From the NCBI GenBank assembly GCA_963662435.1, contig OY759598.1:620001-684000 (forward strand): 64,000 nucleotides of DNA, given 5' to 3'. Shown here one piece after another: positions 1 through 12,471 of the stretch; within the stretch, counting starts at the first letter, position 1, and every line of letters begins with the position of its first letter. The notes beneath the pieces were generated by a model that was given only the letters and a program-made list of their open reading frames with translations, did no database searches and had not been told where the DNA came from. The translations under genes were made by a program, and so were the position numbers. The stretch is from Dehalococcoidia bacterium. GTDB lineage: Bacteria; Chloroflexota; Dehalococcoidia; Lucifugimonadales; VXLM01.

Positions 1-2610
1 GCTGAGAAGCCTCCACTGAGGTTCGGGCTCGTCCGGAATCACGATAGTTGTGTCGTCGGAGTCCGAAGATTGGTCCGGCGGAGCTTCCCATAGCTCGCCG
101 AGCGAAAGGGTTGTCAGGTCTCCGTCCTCCTCCTGGAGAATCACCTGCAGCCAGAGTTGGTTGATGGGGCGCTCCAGTTTCGTCCAGATGCCGATGGACG
201 TCGCGTCCTCGGGCAGGAGAATGCTCTCCGGCGGCGGATGCGCATTGAGAGACCGCATGATTTCTCCAAATGGCTGTTCCGAGAAGTCCTCACGGTACCA
301 TGCCAGGAAGGGAAATTCGCGCGAGTCTACGGCAAACAGCTCCACGCCGTCCGGCCTGCTGAATCGCGGCTCACGGTATGCAGGAGAGACCGTCCGAACT
401 CCCGGTATGTCTCGATACCGTTGGAGAAGACTATCAGTGGGAAACTGGGAAAGAAACACGTCGTCCCGGAGGGAGATTCGCACGTCCGCGCCAGCGTCGT
501 ACTGGGCCTGGTCGGTCTGGCTGCGCTCCAGCGTGCCTCCAACGGTTGTCGCCAGAACGCCGACCCCCATCGTCATCACGAGCAGTAGTATGAGCCACGA
601 GTACTGGAGCGGATTGCGTGAAATGTACCTCAGGCCAATCGAGACTGAAGCTGGAGTGATGCGTGCCGCAACCCTGAAGAATATGAACGAAAGTTGAGCC
701 GGTACGATGGCCGCCAACAGAACGGTCGGTGCCGTCAGGACATCGGCGTTACGCAGGGGTTCCTCCACGAGGAACCAGTAGACGAGCCCGGCCTGGACGA
801 GGTATCCCGCGATGCGGTATCGAAGAAGTTCCGACCGCGCCGTGAACAGGTATGCTCCAACCACTAGGGCCAGTATGACTATGGGCCCAATCCAGTCAGT
901 CCCCAGCGGATCTGCCCGGATCTCCCGGTACAGGATGCCCACCGCTAGCGGAATGACCGAAAGAGCGAGAATCAGGTGCGACAACGCCGGAGACTCGCCT
1001 GCAACGAATCGCAGCAGGATGGGGAACACTCTGAGGAAGAGCAGCGCCACAACCAACAGGAATATCACCGGCGCCAATAGCAGCACTTCGTTCACGTCTA
1101 CGTTTTGGAAAAGGCCGCCGGAGAGTATCTTGCCCCTGTTGTACAACTCCCAGAATATGATGCCGCCGATGACGAGGAAGCCGATGTCCAGATTGTAACG
1201 ATGGACGAAGGGGAGGGCTGCTGGCCTCGCCGAACGCAGCTTGAGCATCAGTACGCCGCCCCGAGTCTCCACTGCCGAAGGTACGGCGTAGACGACGAGG
1301 CAGGCGAGACCCGTAACGGCAGCCACGATGAACGGCATGGGTCCTATCACCAAGGGGAGAAGCGCGCCATCCGTCATCTCGCGGAAGAAGGGCAGGGTAC
1401 CCGCCAGGGCCACGCCTGCAATGGCCAGGAAGGGTGCGATCACCACGGCAAGAATCGCCATTACCAGTCCTTCCAAGGCGTAGATGCGGAATATCCTCGA
1501 CGCAGTCACCCCCCGCGCTCTCAGCAGCGCGGTATCCGCCTGCCTGCTGCGCACAAGGTAGGAGACCATCATCACGAGGAAGAAGAGCACCGACGCCACC
1601 ATCAGCGTCTGCAACAGGAGCAGTGGTACCCTCGAGAAGAAGCTCCGCGTATTGAACCGTGCCAATAGCCGAAGAATGCCGGAAGACGCCTCTCCCGCTC
1701 CGGGTATTCTCAGGGCAAACTGCGTCTCGAAGTCACGGAAGTTCGTCCGTATCTGATCGGGCGTCAGCGACTTTATCGCCTCTTTATTGAAGCTAATAGT
1801 CCAGATGTTGACACTCAAAGTACCTGGGAAAGCCGCGTCCACCCTCTTGACGAGCGTCCCCATGTCAGCGAATAGCGGCACCGGGGGAATCTGGGGATCA
1901 TAGACTCCGTCGCCCTCGTCGTCGGGATCAGGCACCTCGGGAATGAAGTACAGGGCCGGCGTCGGGAGCCAGTAGTCCCCTTCGGGGTCGGTCGGCTCCA
2001 CGAGTCCCACGATGTGAAGGTCGATGGCCCTCGGCGCGTTCAGGTCTGGCGTAATGCGAATGACGTCCCCAACGTCCAGCCGGAACTGCGAGGCTGCCGT
2101 CTCGCCGAGCACCGTCTCAAGTATGGGTATGCTGGGATCGACGGTACTTCGTTCCAGGGGAAGTCGTCCCTCAACGACCGTCACGTGCTCTCGGAAGTCT
2201 GAAAGGCTCCGAAGGTTTACCCTGGCGGCGGACCCGCCCGGCTCATTGGCGGGAGGGAGGGGGACCAGGGGAAGGTCGGCGTAGAACTGGAGACCCGTCA
2301 CGAACCGCCGGTGCCCCGTGTATACCTCGCCTAAGTGGTCTTCGACAAGATCGTCAAACGTCTCGTCGGTGTCCGCCAGCTGGCGCTCGGTCAGGGGGAT
2401 GTAGTAGGCGAACGCCAGCAGCTTCGATTGAAATCGGCCGAGGTGGTCGATCTCGATGTTGAGCGCCAATCGCTCGAGGGAGGTCAGGTAAATCGGAACC
2501 GCCGCGGCGAGAGTCGTCGCAAACAGGATACCCAGGAAGATGCTCGCCAGGAGCAGCTTGGCGTCCTTGATACGTCTCAGGACGAGCTTGGAGGTTGAGA
2601 GTGAGCTCAT
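1..2610 (-). CDS. Large ABC transporter permease, FtsX-like (partial, runs off left edge)
   Basis: Not in ORF track. Minus strand read by hand from ATG at 2610: MSSLSTSKLVLRRIKDAKLLLASIFLGILFATTLAAAVPIY...; internal ALLRARGVTASRIFRIY (FtsX-type signature) and many TM segments. Frame spot-checked, not read end to end. Confidence 0.8.
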   Translation of the reverse strand, partial: MSSLSTSKLVLRRIKDAKLLLASIFLGILFATTLAAAVPIYLTSLERLALNIEIDHLGRFQSKLLAFAYYIPLTERQLADTDETFDDLVEDHLGEVYTGHRRFVTGLQFYADLPLVPLPPANEPGGSAARVNLRSLSDFREHVTVVEGRLPLERSTVDPSIPILETVLGETAASQFRLDVGDVIRITPDLNAPRAIDLHIVGLVEPTDPEGDYWLPTPALYFIPEVPDPDDEGDGVYDPQIPPVPLFADMGTLVKRVDAAFPGTLSVNIWTISFNKEAIKSLTPDQIRTNFRDFETQFALRIPGAGEASSGILRLLARFNTRSFFSRVPLLLLQTLMVASVLFFLVMMVSYLVRSRQADTALLRARGVTASRIFRIYALEGLVMAILAVVIAPFLAIAGVALAGTLPFFREMTDGALLPLVIGPMPFIVAAVTGLACLVVYAVPSAVETRGGVLMLKLRSARPAALPFVHRYNLDIGFLVIGGIIFWELYNRGKILSGGLFQNVDVNEVLLLAPVIFLLVVALLFLRVFPILLRFVAGESPALSHLILALSVIPLAVGILYREIRADPLGTDWIGPIVILALVVGAYLFTARSELLRYRIAGYLVQAGLVYWFLVEEPLRNADVLTAPTVLLAAIVPAQLSFIFFRVAARITPASVSIGLRYISRNPLQYSWLILLLVMTMGVGVLATTVGGTLERSQTDQAQYDAGADVRISLRDDVFLSQFPTDSLLQRYRDIPGVRTVSPAYREPRFSRPDGVELFAVDSREFPFLAWYREDFSEQPFGEIMRSLNAHPPPESILLPEDATSIGIWTKLERPINQLWLQVILQEEDGDLTTLSLGELWEAPPDQSSDSDDTTIVIPDEPEPQWRLLS

Positions 2611-2763
2611 TGGTGCAAGTCCGCCCCGACGTGGTGGCGGGTACTATACACAAAACGCCGGATTCCCGCATAAGTTGGCAAGGCAAGTATTCTTACAGCG
2701 GACATGACAGCCGTGTGAGTATAATGGTCGCGCTCAACAACACCGCAAGAGGAGGCCGCCAAC

Positions 2764-3630
2764 ATGCCTCGTGTGATAGTACTCGGTTCTGGCACGCCCG
2801 CTCCCAGTCCCCTGAGGTGGGGATCGTCATTCCTGGTGCAGATCGGCGGAGAGTGGATGATGTTCGACTGCGGGTTCGCCGCCACGTACAAGATGTATCG
2901 GGCCGGCTTTAAAGCCACGGATGTCGACCACCTTTTCTTCACGCACCATCACTCAGACCACGATGCCGACTATCCTGCCTTTCTGCTCGCCCGGTTCGAC
3001 ATGTCTATCGGCAAAGAAAACGAGATCCGGGTGTATGGCCCAACCCTGACCGAGCAGCTCACCGAACGCATACTCGGCGAGGGCGTTGGCGCATACTGGC
3101 ACGACATCGTCGCCCGTACCAATCACCCCCTCAGCCTCGGCGCATACACGGGGCGTGGAGGCGTCCTGCCCCGAAGACCGCCCGTAATCCACGCAAAGGA
3201 CGTTGGCCCTGGAAAGGTTGCGACAGGTAAAGACTGGGAGATAACGGCGGCGCGAGTCGAGCACGTCCAGCCGTATCTTGACTCACTAGCCTACCGCATC
3301 GACAGCGATGAGGGTTCCATCGTCTTTTCAGGAGACACAAGGCCCTGCGATTCCCTCACTGAGTTGGCCAGGGACGTAGACCTCCTGATCATGGAGTGCA
3401 TACGTCTAAAGGACGACCCTGCCCACGAGGTGGCGGGCGACTACGAGACCAGCACTGTCGGTGCAGGACAGACTGCCACCGATGCCGGCGCCAAGAAGAT
3501 GCTCCTCGTACACCAGAGTCTCACCCTGGAGGAACCCCTGGCCCACACCCAGGCCATAGGCGAAGTAAAGAGCGCTTACGACGGCCCGATCATCTGGGCC
3601 GAAGAAATGACCGAAATCCCATGGGGCTAA
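2764..3630 (+). CDS. MBL-fold metallo-hydrolase (RNase Z/arylsulfatase-like)
   Basis: LGSGTP start, THHHSDH metal motif, FSGDT motif; GGAGG RBS. Confidence 0.85.
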   Translation: MPRVIVLGSGTPAPSPLRWGSSFLVQIGGEWMMFDCGFAATYKMYRAGFKATDVDHLFFTHHHSDHDADYPAFLLARFDMSIGKENEIRVYGPTLTEQLTERILGEGVGAYWHDIVARTNHPLSLGAYTGRGGVLPRRPPVIHAKDVGPGKVATGKDWEITAARVEHVQPYLDSLAYRIDSDEGSIVFSGDTRPCDSLTELARDVDLLIMECIRLKDDPAHEVAGDYETSTVGAGQTATDAGAKKMLLVHQSLTLEEPLAHTQAIGEVKSAYDGPIIWAEEMTEIPWG

Positions 3631-3856
3631 CAAACTATCTTAATCTGACTGCGACGATTTCTACATAAGGGAGACCATGTTTGTCCTGAGCTAGCCGAAG
3701 GGCACTTCGGCACCAACATTCGGAAACTTGCGATAGTCTCCAAGTCCGGTTGAGGCGCCTGGCGAATCCACTGTGGAGTCGCCCGCTCACTCACCAGAAA
3801 ACGACAGACCCTACATTACTTTCGGTGGTCGCAAATTCTCGATCAGGAGGCGATTC

Positions 3857-4270
3857 ATGAATTCGTGGCGAAAATGGCTGGCAGTAATAGGAGGGATCAC
3901 CGCGATCGCGGTCCTTCTCACCGAGCTCTACTGGCCTTACAACAAGGAAGTGGGCCAATTCCTTTGGGACTACATCGTCGATCCCGCTGCGCTGGTTGTT
4001 ATCGGTCTCAACATCTTGGTCAACGCACGCGACTCACTGAAAATTCGCGACGGCCAGGGCAGCCATTTGACTCAGATGCCACGCGATGTCGTCACAGTCC
4101 TCGTGGCCGCAGTGTGGGTTCGCTTCCTGATGCAATATGCCGACAAGATTGCCCCTGACCATGAAGCTACCTCCGGCCTGTGGGGGCACCTGACTGCCTT
4201 GGCCATCGTCATCTTGGCCTTTGAAGCCATCTCCTTTTGGCGATCAGCGAACCGGAAACACCCAGCATAG
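3857..4270 (+). CDS. Hypothetical 4-TM membrane protein
   Basis: AGGAGG RBS before ATG 3857 (MNSWRKW...); four hydrophobic segments. Confidence 0.65.
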   Translation: MNSWRKWLAVIGGITAIAVLLTELYWPYNKEVGQFLWDYIVDPAALVVIGLNILVNARDSLKIRDGQGSHLTQMPRDVVTVLVAAVWVRFLMQYADKIAPDHEATSGLWGHLTALAIVILAFEAISFWRSANRKHPA

Positions 4271-4291
4271 CGGGTAGATTTCAAACACATC

Positions 4292-4897
4292 TTAGTGGAA
4301 AAACTCAAGGTACGGCTCTGCCCACTCGAACGCCTTGGACGCCAGAAACATGAGTGTCGTAGTCATCACGATCTTGCCCATCGCGAGGTAGACAAGGAAC
4401 CTCATCACGGGGTAGCGAACGGCACCCGCGATGAGCCCTGCCGCGTCGACTGGGACTAGGGGTATCAGCGCGGATAAGAAGACAATGAGCCCCCCGAATC
4501 TGTCCATTCCCCTCTGGAACCACTTGTGGGACTTGTGGCCCTCCAGTGTCTCGGCCCCTTGCGTTCCAACGTAGTATGCCGTCAACTCCCCCAGCGCTCC
4601 TCCAAGGCCCGCCGAGATGCCCAGAAGGAGCCAGTTCAGGTCCTTGGTCATCACGAGAACGGCGGCAAAGCCGGGGCTCGGCATCACGACGGTAGCCGAG
4701 CTCAACGCCGTCACAACGAACGCTCCCAGGTATCCCCATGCGCCGATGTCATCTATGTAGGGAAGCAGGGCTCCCGTAATCGCAAGTAGGAGAGCCGTTG
4801 ACACCACAAAGATGGCGGCTTTCTGGATGAACGTTAGCTGGAGAGTGGACAGCCGGCTGTAGAATCCGGCTCCGAACCTTAGTGCGTTCTTGTTCAT
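4292..4897 (-). CDS. VTT/DedA (SNARE-associated) membrane protein
   Basis: GGALGELTAYYVG and LIPLVPVDAAGLIAGA motifs typical of the VTT domain. Confidence 0.8.
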   Translation of the reverse strand: MNKNALRFGAGFYSRLSTLQLTFIQKAAIFVVSTALLLAITGALLPYIDDIGAWGYLGAFVVTALSSATVVMPSPGFAAVLVMTKDLNWLLLGISAGLGGALGELTAYYVGTQGAETLEGHKSHKWFQRGMDRFGGLIVFLSALIPLVPVDAAGLIAGAVRYPVMRFLVYLAMGKIVMTTTLMFLASKAFEWAEPYLEFFH

Positions 4898-4905
4898 GAG
4901 TTGAT

Positions 4906-6165
4906 CTATCGGCGCTGGTCGGCTGCAGTCCCCTTTCGACCCAACTGACGGTCAGGGACAAAGCGAGCGGCAACGATGGCCAGGATGCCGGCAAGAGTCA
5001 CCAGGACCGACAGTATGGTCATGCTATTTGCTGCGTCGGACAGGAGTTCGCTGGCCAGATCGATGGTCAAACTGCACGACGGGACCTCGACGAGAGGACA
5101 CCAAATCGACTCCCAAACGCCTACGAATGAGGATATTAGGAGTCCGACGACTAGGAATGTCATTCCGCAGATGACTAGCGTTATGCCGGGCCATCTCATC
5201 ATGTGCTTCGAATACGGGTAGAAGATCCCGGCAATGCCCGCCATGGCCACTAGGAAGATCAAGACTGCCAGCACGGAGATCACCCCTGTCAGCAGGTGGA
5301 GCACCGTCCTGACGAACCGGAACCTCTCAAAGGTGTGGTGGCGGCTCCCGACCGACTGGGCGATCTTATCGACAGCGCTGAATTGAAGGCTCTCATCGAG
5401 GTCTTCTCGCAGATCTTCTAAGGAGTTGTCGATCACCGGGCCTGCGATCGCTCTGGCGGCGAGCTTCAGCGCCGCTCGTGAGTCATTTCCCGCCAGTGCG
5501 ACCAATATGACCTGCTCATCCCTTTCGAGATTGGACCGGACTGCGCCGCGCGTACTGTTATCCTCAATCGACTCTGTCGATTGCACCAGTGCCCCAAAGA
5601 CGGCTTCAGGCGGGAAATTGTCCAGAGAAGGAACGGAGTCGGGGATGGTTCCGGTCTCGATGCTGTTGGTGAGATAGTCTATCGAGGCGTGTAGCTCCGC
5701 ATCGCTACTAACCGGTGCTAACGCGGCCATGTCGATCCGTTCGTCGACGAGTCGAAACACGGCAGGCTTTATGCGCGGCATCGCATCGGAGAGATCTATT
5801 GCCAATTCAAGGGTATCTGCCTCGTCGTTGAGAAAGGCTATGACCGAGACTACATTCTCCTCCGTGGCCGACTTGAGCTCGCTCGGTGGGAGAATCTCCT
5901 TGTAGAGCCATGCCTCTGTCTCCGGGTCGAGGCTGTACTCACCGACGAGTCCTCTGAGGGCGCCTTCAAACTGCTGACTGATGATGCCGTCGTCGTAGAC
6001 CCGCTCATAGGCGCGGTGCTTCTCCAACGCGTTCAGGAGAGGTTCCGGGCCTCGCAGGGTGTCGCGAATTCCCATCGCTGTGAACGTGTAGCCCAGCGCC
6101 AGGAACGCAAGAACGCCGAGAAGGAGTGCGGCTACCGCCCGCAGGATTATGCCGGCCGGCGTCAT
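4906..6165 (-). CDS. Hypothetical membrane protein with large extracytoplasmic loop
   Basis: 419-aa ORF, N-terminal TM and three C-terminal TM segments. Confidence 0.65.
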   Translation of the reverse strand: MTPAGIILRAVAALLLGVLAFLALGYTFTAMGIRDTLRGPEPLLNALEKHRAYERVYDDGIISQQFEGALRGLVGEYSLDPETEAWLYKEILPPSELKSATEENVVSVIAFLNDEADTLELAIDLSDAMPRIKPAVFRLVDERIDMAALAPVSSDAELHASIDYLTNSIETGTIPDSVPSLDNFPPEAVFGALVQSTESIEDNSTRGAVRSNLERDEQVILVALAGNDSRAALKLAARAIAGPVIDNSLEDLREDLDESLQFSAVDKIAQSVGSRHHTFERFRFVRTVLHLLTGVISVLAVLIFLVAMAGIAGIFYPYSKHMMRWPGITLVICGMTFLVVGLLISSFVGVWESIWCPLVEVPSCSLTIDLASELLSDAANSMTILSVLVTLAGILAIVAARFVPDRQLGRKGTAADQRR

Positions 6166-6334
6166 GGTCCCGATCCGTGCTTAGGCATGTGCCTCCCTAG
6201 TGGTTCAACATCATAGTTTCGTAGGGCGACGTCGACCCTAGGTCTTGGTAGGGCCGGCATTCAAACCCGCCCCGTCGTGCACTACGCGAACCCAACACTC
6301 AATTGCTGCCCGTCATTTCAATGATGTTGAATCC

Positions 6335-7105
6335 CTAGCTGGACGGCACGTCGATCCCGAGGAGTTCCATCGCATTGAGCCCGAGAACCCGCCGTTTCGC
6401 CTCATCGTCCATATCGGCCGTGGCGATACGGGCGACCTGGGGCCTCGCGTCCATGAGCGGCATGTCGGAGCCATAGAGAACTCGGTCGGCTCCCGCTCCC
6501 TCCACGAGGAACTCGATTGTCCCGTGCTCCCCATGCGATGTACAGGTCTCAAGCCAGATGTTTCGAGACGACTGCGCGGCCTCTACCGCTTGAATCTGCC
6601 CGGCCATCGCATTTCCGGAGTGGCCCAGGACCCACCGGATGTTGGTGTATCGCTCAGCGAGCGGAATGAACAGTGAAGGGGCCGTGAGGATGTCGCCCTC
6701 GCTGGTGTACGAGCTATGGCTCTTCACGACGATGTTGTTCTCATTGCACCACTCGAAGATCGGGAAGTACGAAGGATCGTCGATGGGCTTGCCAAGAAAG
6801 TCTGGATAGAGCTTGAGCATCTTGAACTCCGGTAGCTTGAAGACCCGCTCCAGCTCCGACATGGCCTCGTCGGGATAGCGCGGCGTCACGTGCGCAACGC
6901 CGAAGAACCGGTCCGGGTTGAGTGCTACAAACCTCTCCACCGCGTCATTGCACTGCCTCGCCGTGCCGAAGAAGATACAGCTGACCGGTGCCACGTCGAC
7001 CCCCGCGATGTCCATGATCCGCACGTACGGTTCCGGCGCGTCGTGCATCCCATAAAATGTCTGGCGTCCAACGTGGCTGTGCATGTCGACGACCGGAGTG
7101 TTCAT
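6335..7105 (-). CDS. Amidohydrolase_2 family protein
   Basis: DMHSH, KLYP, LGHSG, RVLYGSDMP motifs; start at MNTPVV after AAGGAG. Confidence 0.85.
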   Translation of the reverse strand: MNTPVVDMHSHVGRQTFYGMHDAPEPYVRIMDIAGVDVAPVSCIFFGTARQCNDAVERFVALNPDRFFGVAHVTPRYPDEAMSELERVFKLPEFKMLKLYPDFLGKPIDDPSYFPIFEWCNENNIVVKSHSSYTSEGDILTAPSLFIPLAERYTNIRWVLGHSGNAMAGQIQAVEAAQSSRNIWLETCTSHGEHGTIEFLVEGAGADRVLYGSDMPLMDARPQVARIATADMDDEAKRRVLGLNAMELLGIDVPSS

Positions 7106-7252
7106 GGAAATTCTCCTTGGCGTAGGTGTCTCGGCTCTCTGCTGACGAGAAAGGGTATCATGTCTGTCGAGTCGCGGGACTAGCTCCGCCGGGGAACTCT
7201 GGCGGCATCGAGAACGATTCCTGTTCGACTCGGCGATTCTTGAATCTGACCC

Positions 7253-8338
7253 ATGGAGAGGGAATTGATCGAACGGGACTCTATTACCTTTGAAGGCAAG
7301 ACCGTCAAGTACGAAGTGCATCGCAGCAGGCGACGCAAGAAGACCGCCCAGATCACGGTCGACGACGGCGTCGTTCGAGTCGCCGTGCCGTGGAATGCCA
7401 GGAACAGCGTAGTTCGGAAAATCGTCCTCGATAAAGCTCAGTCGATAATAGGCCGATTAACAGCACTTGCTCAACTGGAACAGAAAATTGCAAGAGTCGA
7501 TCGAGGAACCGTTCACTATCAAGACACGCCAGTCGTGTACGAAATCCAACGCAGCAAGCGTCGCAAGAAATCGGTGGGGTTCAGCCTGGAAAACGGAGTC
7601 GTTCAAGTCGTTGCACCGGTTAGTGCCGACTCCGAATCCCTGCTGGAAATGGTCCGCGATAGGGCGCATCACTATGTGCGCCCATTGTCATTGGCTCCGC
7701 CCGAAGGAGTTCGGAAGAGATTCGTCAGCGGTGAGTATATGCCCTATATGGGGGAATACGTCCGCACCATCGTCAGGACCGCAGACGTACAGTCCCCGGA
7801 GATCCACTTCGATGGAATAAGCGGCTCGGAGCAGTATGAATGGGTCCAGATGGATACTATTGATGTGACTCCGGGTGCCTTGCAGTCAAAGTTGCTCTTC
7901 CGAAGGGTTCAATTCGGCGACCAACTCGAAGACGGCCGATTTCGGGTCTTCGTCCCTCCAGGCATGAAGGGCAGGGAACGCTGCGAAGCGGTGCGTGAAG
8001 CATTCGTCTCATGGTATATCGAGCGTGCCGAAGAGAAGATAACGAAGTGTGTGGACTACTGGTGGCCGATGGTCGGCCGGAAGAAAAAACCAAAGGTAAT
8101 CGTCCGTGATCAACGCAAACAGTGGGGAAGCTGTGCCCATGACGGCACCCTGCGCTTCAACTGGCGTCTCATCATGTTGGAGCCCGATCTCATCGAGTAC
8201 GTCGTTGCCCACGAGTTAGCCCACGTGCGAGTGCGGAGCCACTCCGAAAGATTCTGGGATAGGGTCGCCGACATCGTAGGGGATGTCGACTCAAGGCGAA
8301 GGCAGCTGCGCCTCGTTGAAGGTATTCTCCCACTTTGA
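7253..8338 (+). CDS. M48/YgjP (DUF45) zinc metallopeptidase-like protein with duplicated N-terminal module
   Basis: QWGSC...LRFNWRL...YVVAHELAH...HSERFW motif. Confidence 0.85.
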   Translation: MERELIERDSITFEGKTVKYEVHRSRRRKKTAQITVDDGVVRVAVPWNARNSVVRKIVLDKAQSIIGRLTALAQLEQKIARVDRGTVHYQDTPVVYEIQRSKRRKKSVGFSLENGVVQVVAPVSADSESLLEMVRDRAHHYVRPLSLAPPEGVRKRFVSGEYMPYMGEYVRTIVRTADVQSPEIHFDGISGSEQYEWVQMDTIDVTPGALQSKLLFRRVQFGDQLEDGRFRVFVPPGMKGRERCEAVREAFVSWYIERAEEKITKCVDYWWPMVGRKKKPKVIVRDQRKQWGSCAHDGTLRFNWRLIMLEPDLIEYVVAHELAHVRVRSHSERFWDRVADIVGDVDSRRRQLRLVEGILPL

Positions 8339-8432
8339 GTCTTCCGCGAGCCGTCCTTGGTCCAGACCGACGTGCCAACACGTGCCGCATGTCATCGAAC
8401 CGGCAGCACCTTGCAGAGCATCCGTAGGGACT

Positions 8433-8600
8433 CCGTTCACCCTGAGCAGCATTACGCCCCGCGCGGGGCAATGGCGGGGTGTCAGTAACGGAGAACGCAG
8501 GTAAGAGAAAGTACGTTCGACCTGAGCCTGTCGAAGGGCTAGTCCCTGCCTCCGAAGCATCCCTTTCTTCCCTCTGTGATCTCTGTGTCCTACGCGGTGA
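8433..8600. repeat. Mosaic of REP-like elements
   Basis: CCGTTCACCCTGAGC-type element (8433-8489) recurs inverted at 56495-56553; CGTTCGACCTGAGCCTGTCGAAGGG (8514-8538) recurs at 40724-40749 and 45586-45612; CTCTGTG..GCGGTGAA (8572-8600) recurs near 45790-45818. Confidence 0.65.
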
Positions 8601-8658
8601 ATCCTCGTCCTATCTCCCGCAGTTACTTGAATGCCTGTCAAATCGTGTCTGCGCACTT

Positions 8659-8687
8659 TTGATGCATGAGAACACATGCTCTATCAT
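8659..8687 (+). promoter_or_regulatory. Sigma70-like promoter with LexA-like box in the spacer
   Basis: TTGATG-17-TATCAT enclosing AGAAC-ACAT-GCTCT. Confidence 0.45.
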
Positions 8688-8877
8688 GTGAATGTAGCTG
8701 GAACTGGCATACACCGATACACCCATTCCCGCGAGCACAGGTAAGAAAACTCAGTAGAAGGAGAAAAATTCTGATTACGCCGAAAGTTTCTCAAACACTC
8801 TCACGTCCCCACTTCCCACTCTCTACGATTCGCCGAAACAGCTTCAAATCACCTCTCCCTGACTGGGCTAGATCGAG

Positions 8878-8955
8878 TGAGACGATTTGAGAATGGGCGA
8901 AATATCGCGGCCTTGACACGTTTCTCAAACAGTGTCATATTCTCAAATCGTCTCA
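8878..8955. repeat. Perfect 17-bp inverted repeat with nested hairpin
   Basis: TGAGACGATTTGAGAAT (8878-8894) / ATTCTCAAATCGTCTCA (8939-8955); inner TGACAC..GTGTCA. Confidence 0.8.
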
Positions 8956-9305
8956 TGTGCGACTCCTGTCAGCTGCTCGTTGGGACATGGCCCGTGTTCC
9001 ACCGCTTACCGACATTTCCGTGTGCCCTCCGATACTCCACTACACCCACCGACATTCCCGCACACCCACCGTCATTCCCGCGTAGGTGGATTCCATACTC
9101 TCCTGCCTGCCACCATAGCCTTGCGCGACCAAACGCCCGCCGCCAAACGGTCCTCTCTAGCGTTACGCCCCTCCCGACTTCGACGCGACCCGGATGAAGT
9201 TAACGAAACCTTAAGGCGCCGTCATCTCGGAACCACTCCGTTCGTGGTCCCTGACTTGAGTGGTATAATTGAACGTGGAGCGGCGGATTCGAAGGGAATG
9301 TAGAC

Positions 9306-9800
9306 ATGCAGATCTCCATCGTTGGAGAGGCAGGACCAACGCCTGAGATTGCGGCTCTCGCAGAGGAAGTGGGGGCCGAACTCGCACGACGGGGCATCAC
9401 GCTCGTCTGCGGCGGCGGTCGCGGAATCATGGAAGCGGCGTGTCGAGGCGCAAAGTCCCAGGGCGGAACGACCGTCGGCGTCCTCCCCGGCAGCGATCAC
9501 TCTGCCGCCAACGAATGGGTCGACATTCCCATTCCGACCGGTCTGGGACAGGGACGAAACGTCATCGTCGCACGAAGCGGCCGAGCGGTGATCGCCATCG
9601 GCGGGCGCTACGGCACCCTCTCCGAAATCGGCCACGCTCTCAAGGCGGGCATTCCCGTCATCGGTCTGCGGACGTGGACCCTGTCTAAGAACGGGTCCAT
9701 AGACCCGGCGATCAACGAGGCCGCCGACGCGAAGGACGCCGTCGACAGGGCAGTCCTGGCCGCAGGTCGACCGCGCGCAGCGAATGTGACGAACGACTGA
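9306..9800 (+). CDS. TIGR00725 / LOG-family nucleotide-binding protein
   Basis: CGGGRGIMEAACRGA, TGLGQGRN, GGRYGTLSEIG motifs. Confidence 0.9.
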   Translation: MQISIVGEAGPTPEIAALAEEVGAELARRGITLVCGGGRGIMEAACRGAKSQGGTTVGVLPGSDHSAANEWVDIPIPTGLGQGRNVIVARSGRAVIAIGGRYGTLSEIGHALKAGIPVIGLRTWTLSKNGSIDPAINEAADAKDAVDRAVLAAGRPRAANVTND

Positions 9801-9806
9801 ACCTGA

Positions 9807-12278
<2,472 letters not shown>

Positions 12279-12295
12279 GTATCACCATGTCACAA

Positions 12296-12354
12296 TTGTG
12301 AAACTACGTTTCATAAGTGAAATCATATACCGTATCTTTCATCGCTGTGAAACA
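12296..12354. promoter_or_regulatory. Candidate operator array between regulator and gap
   Basis: TGAAAC-N3-GTTTCA (12299-12313) plus further TGAAA/TTTCA half-sites at 12318, 12337, 12348. Confidence 0.5.
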
Positions 12355-12471
12355 TGGTACCTTTGGGTACGTGGCGAGTCAATGCAGTTGAGGAATCGGT
12401 TCAAGTGGCCTATTCTTTGCCTGAAAGCCAAGTGACCGGCGCTGCAATACAATCGCTAAGGAGGCGAACAG

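Noticed and set aside
50..2598. Many plus-strand ORFs in the track
   Set aside because: Shadows of the minus-strand permease gene; no motifs or RBS.
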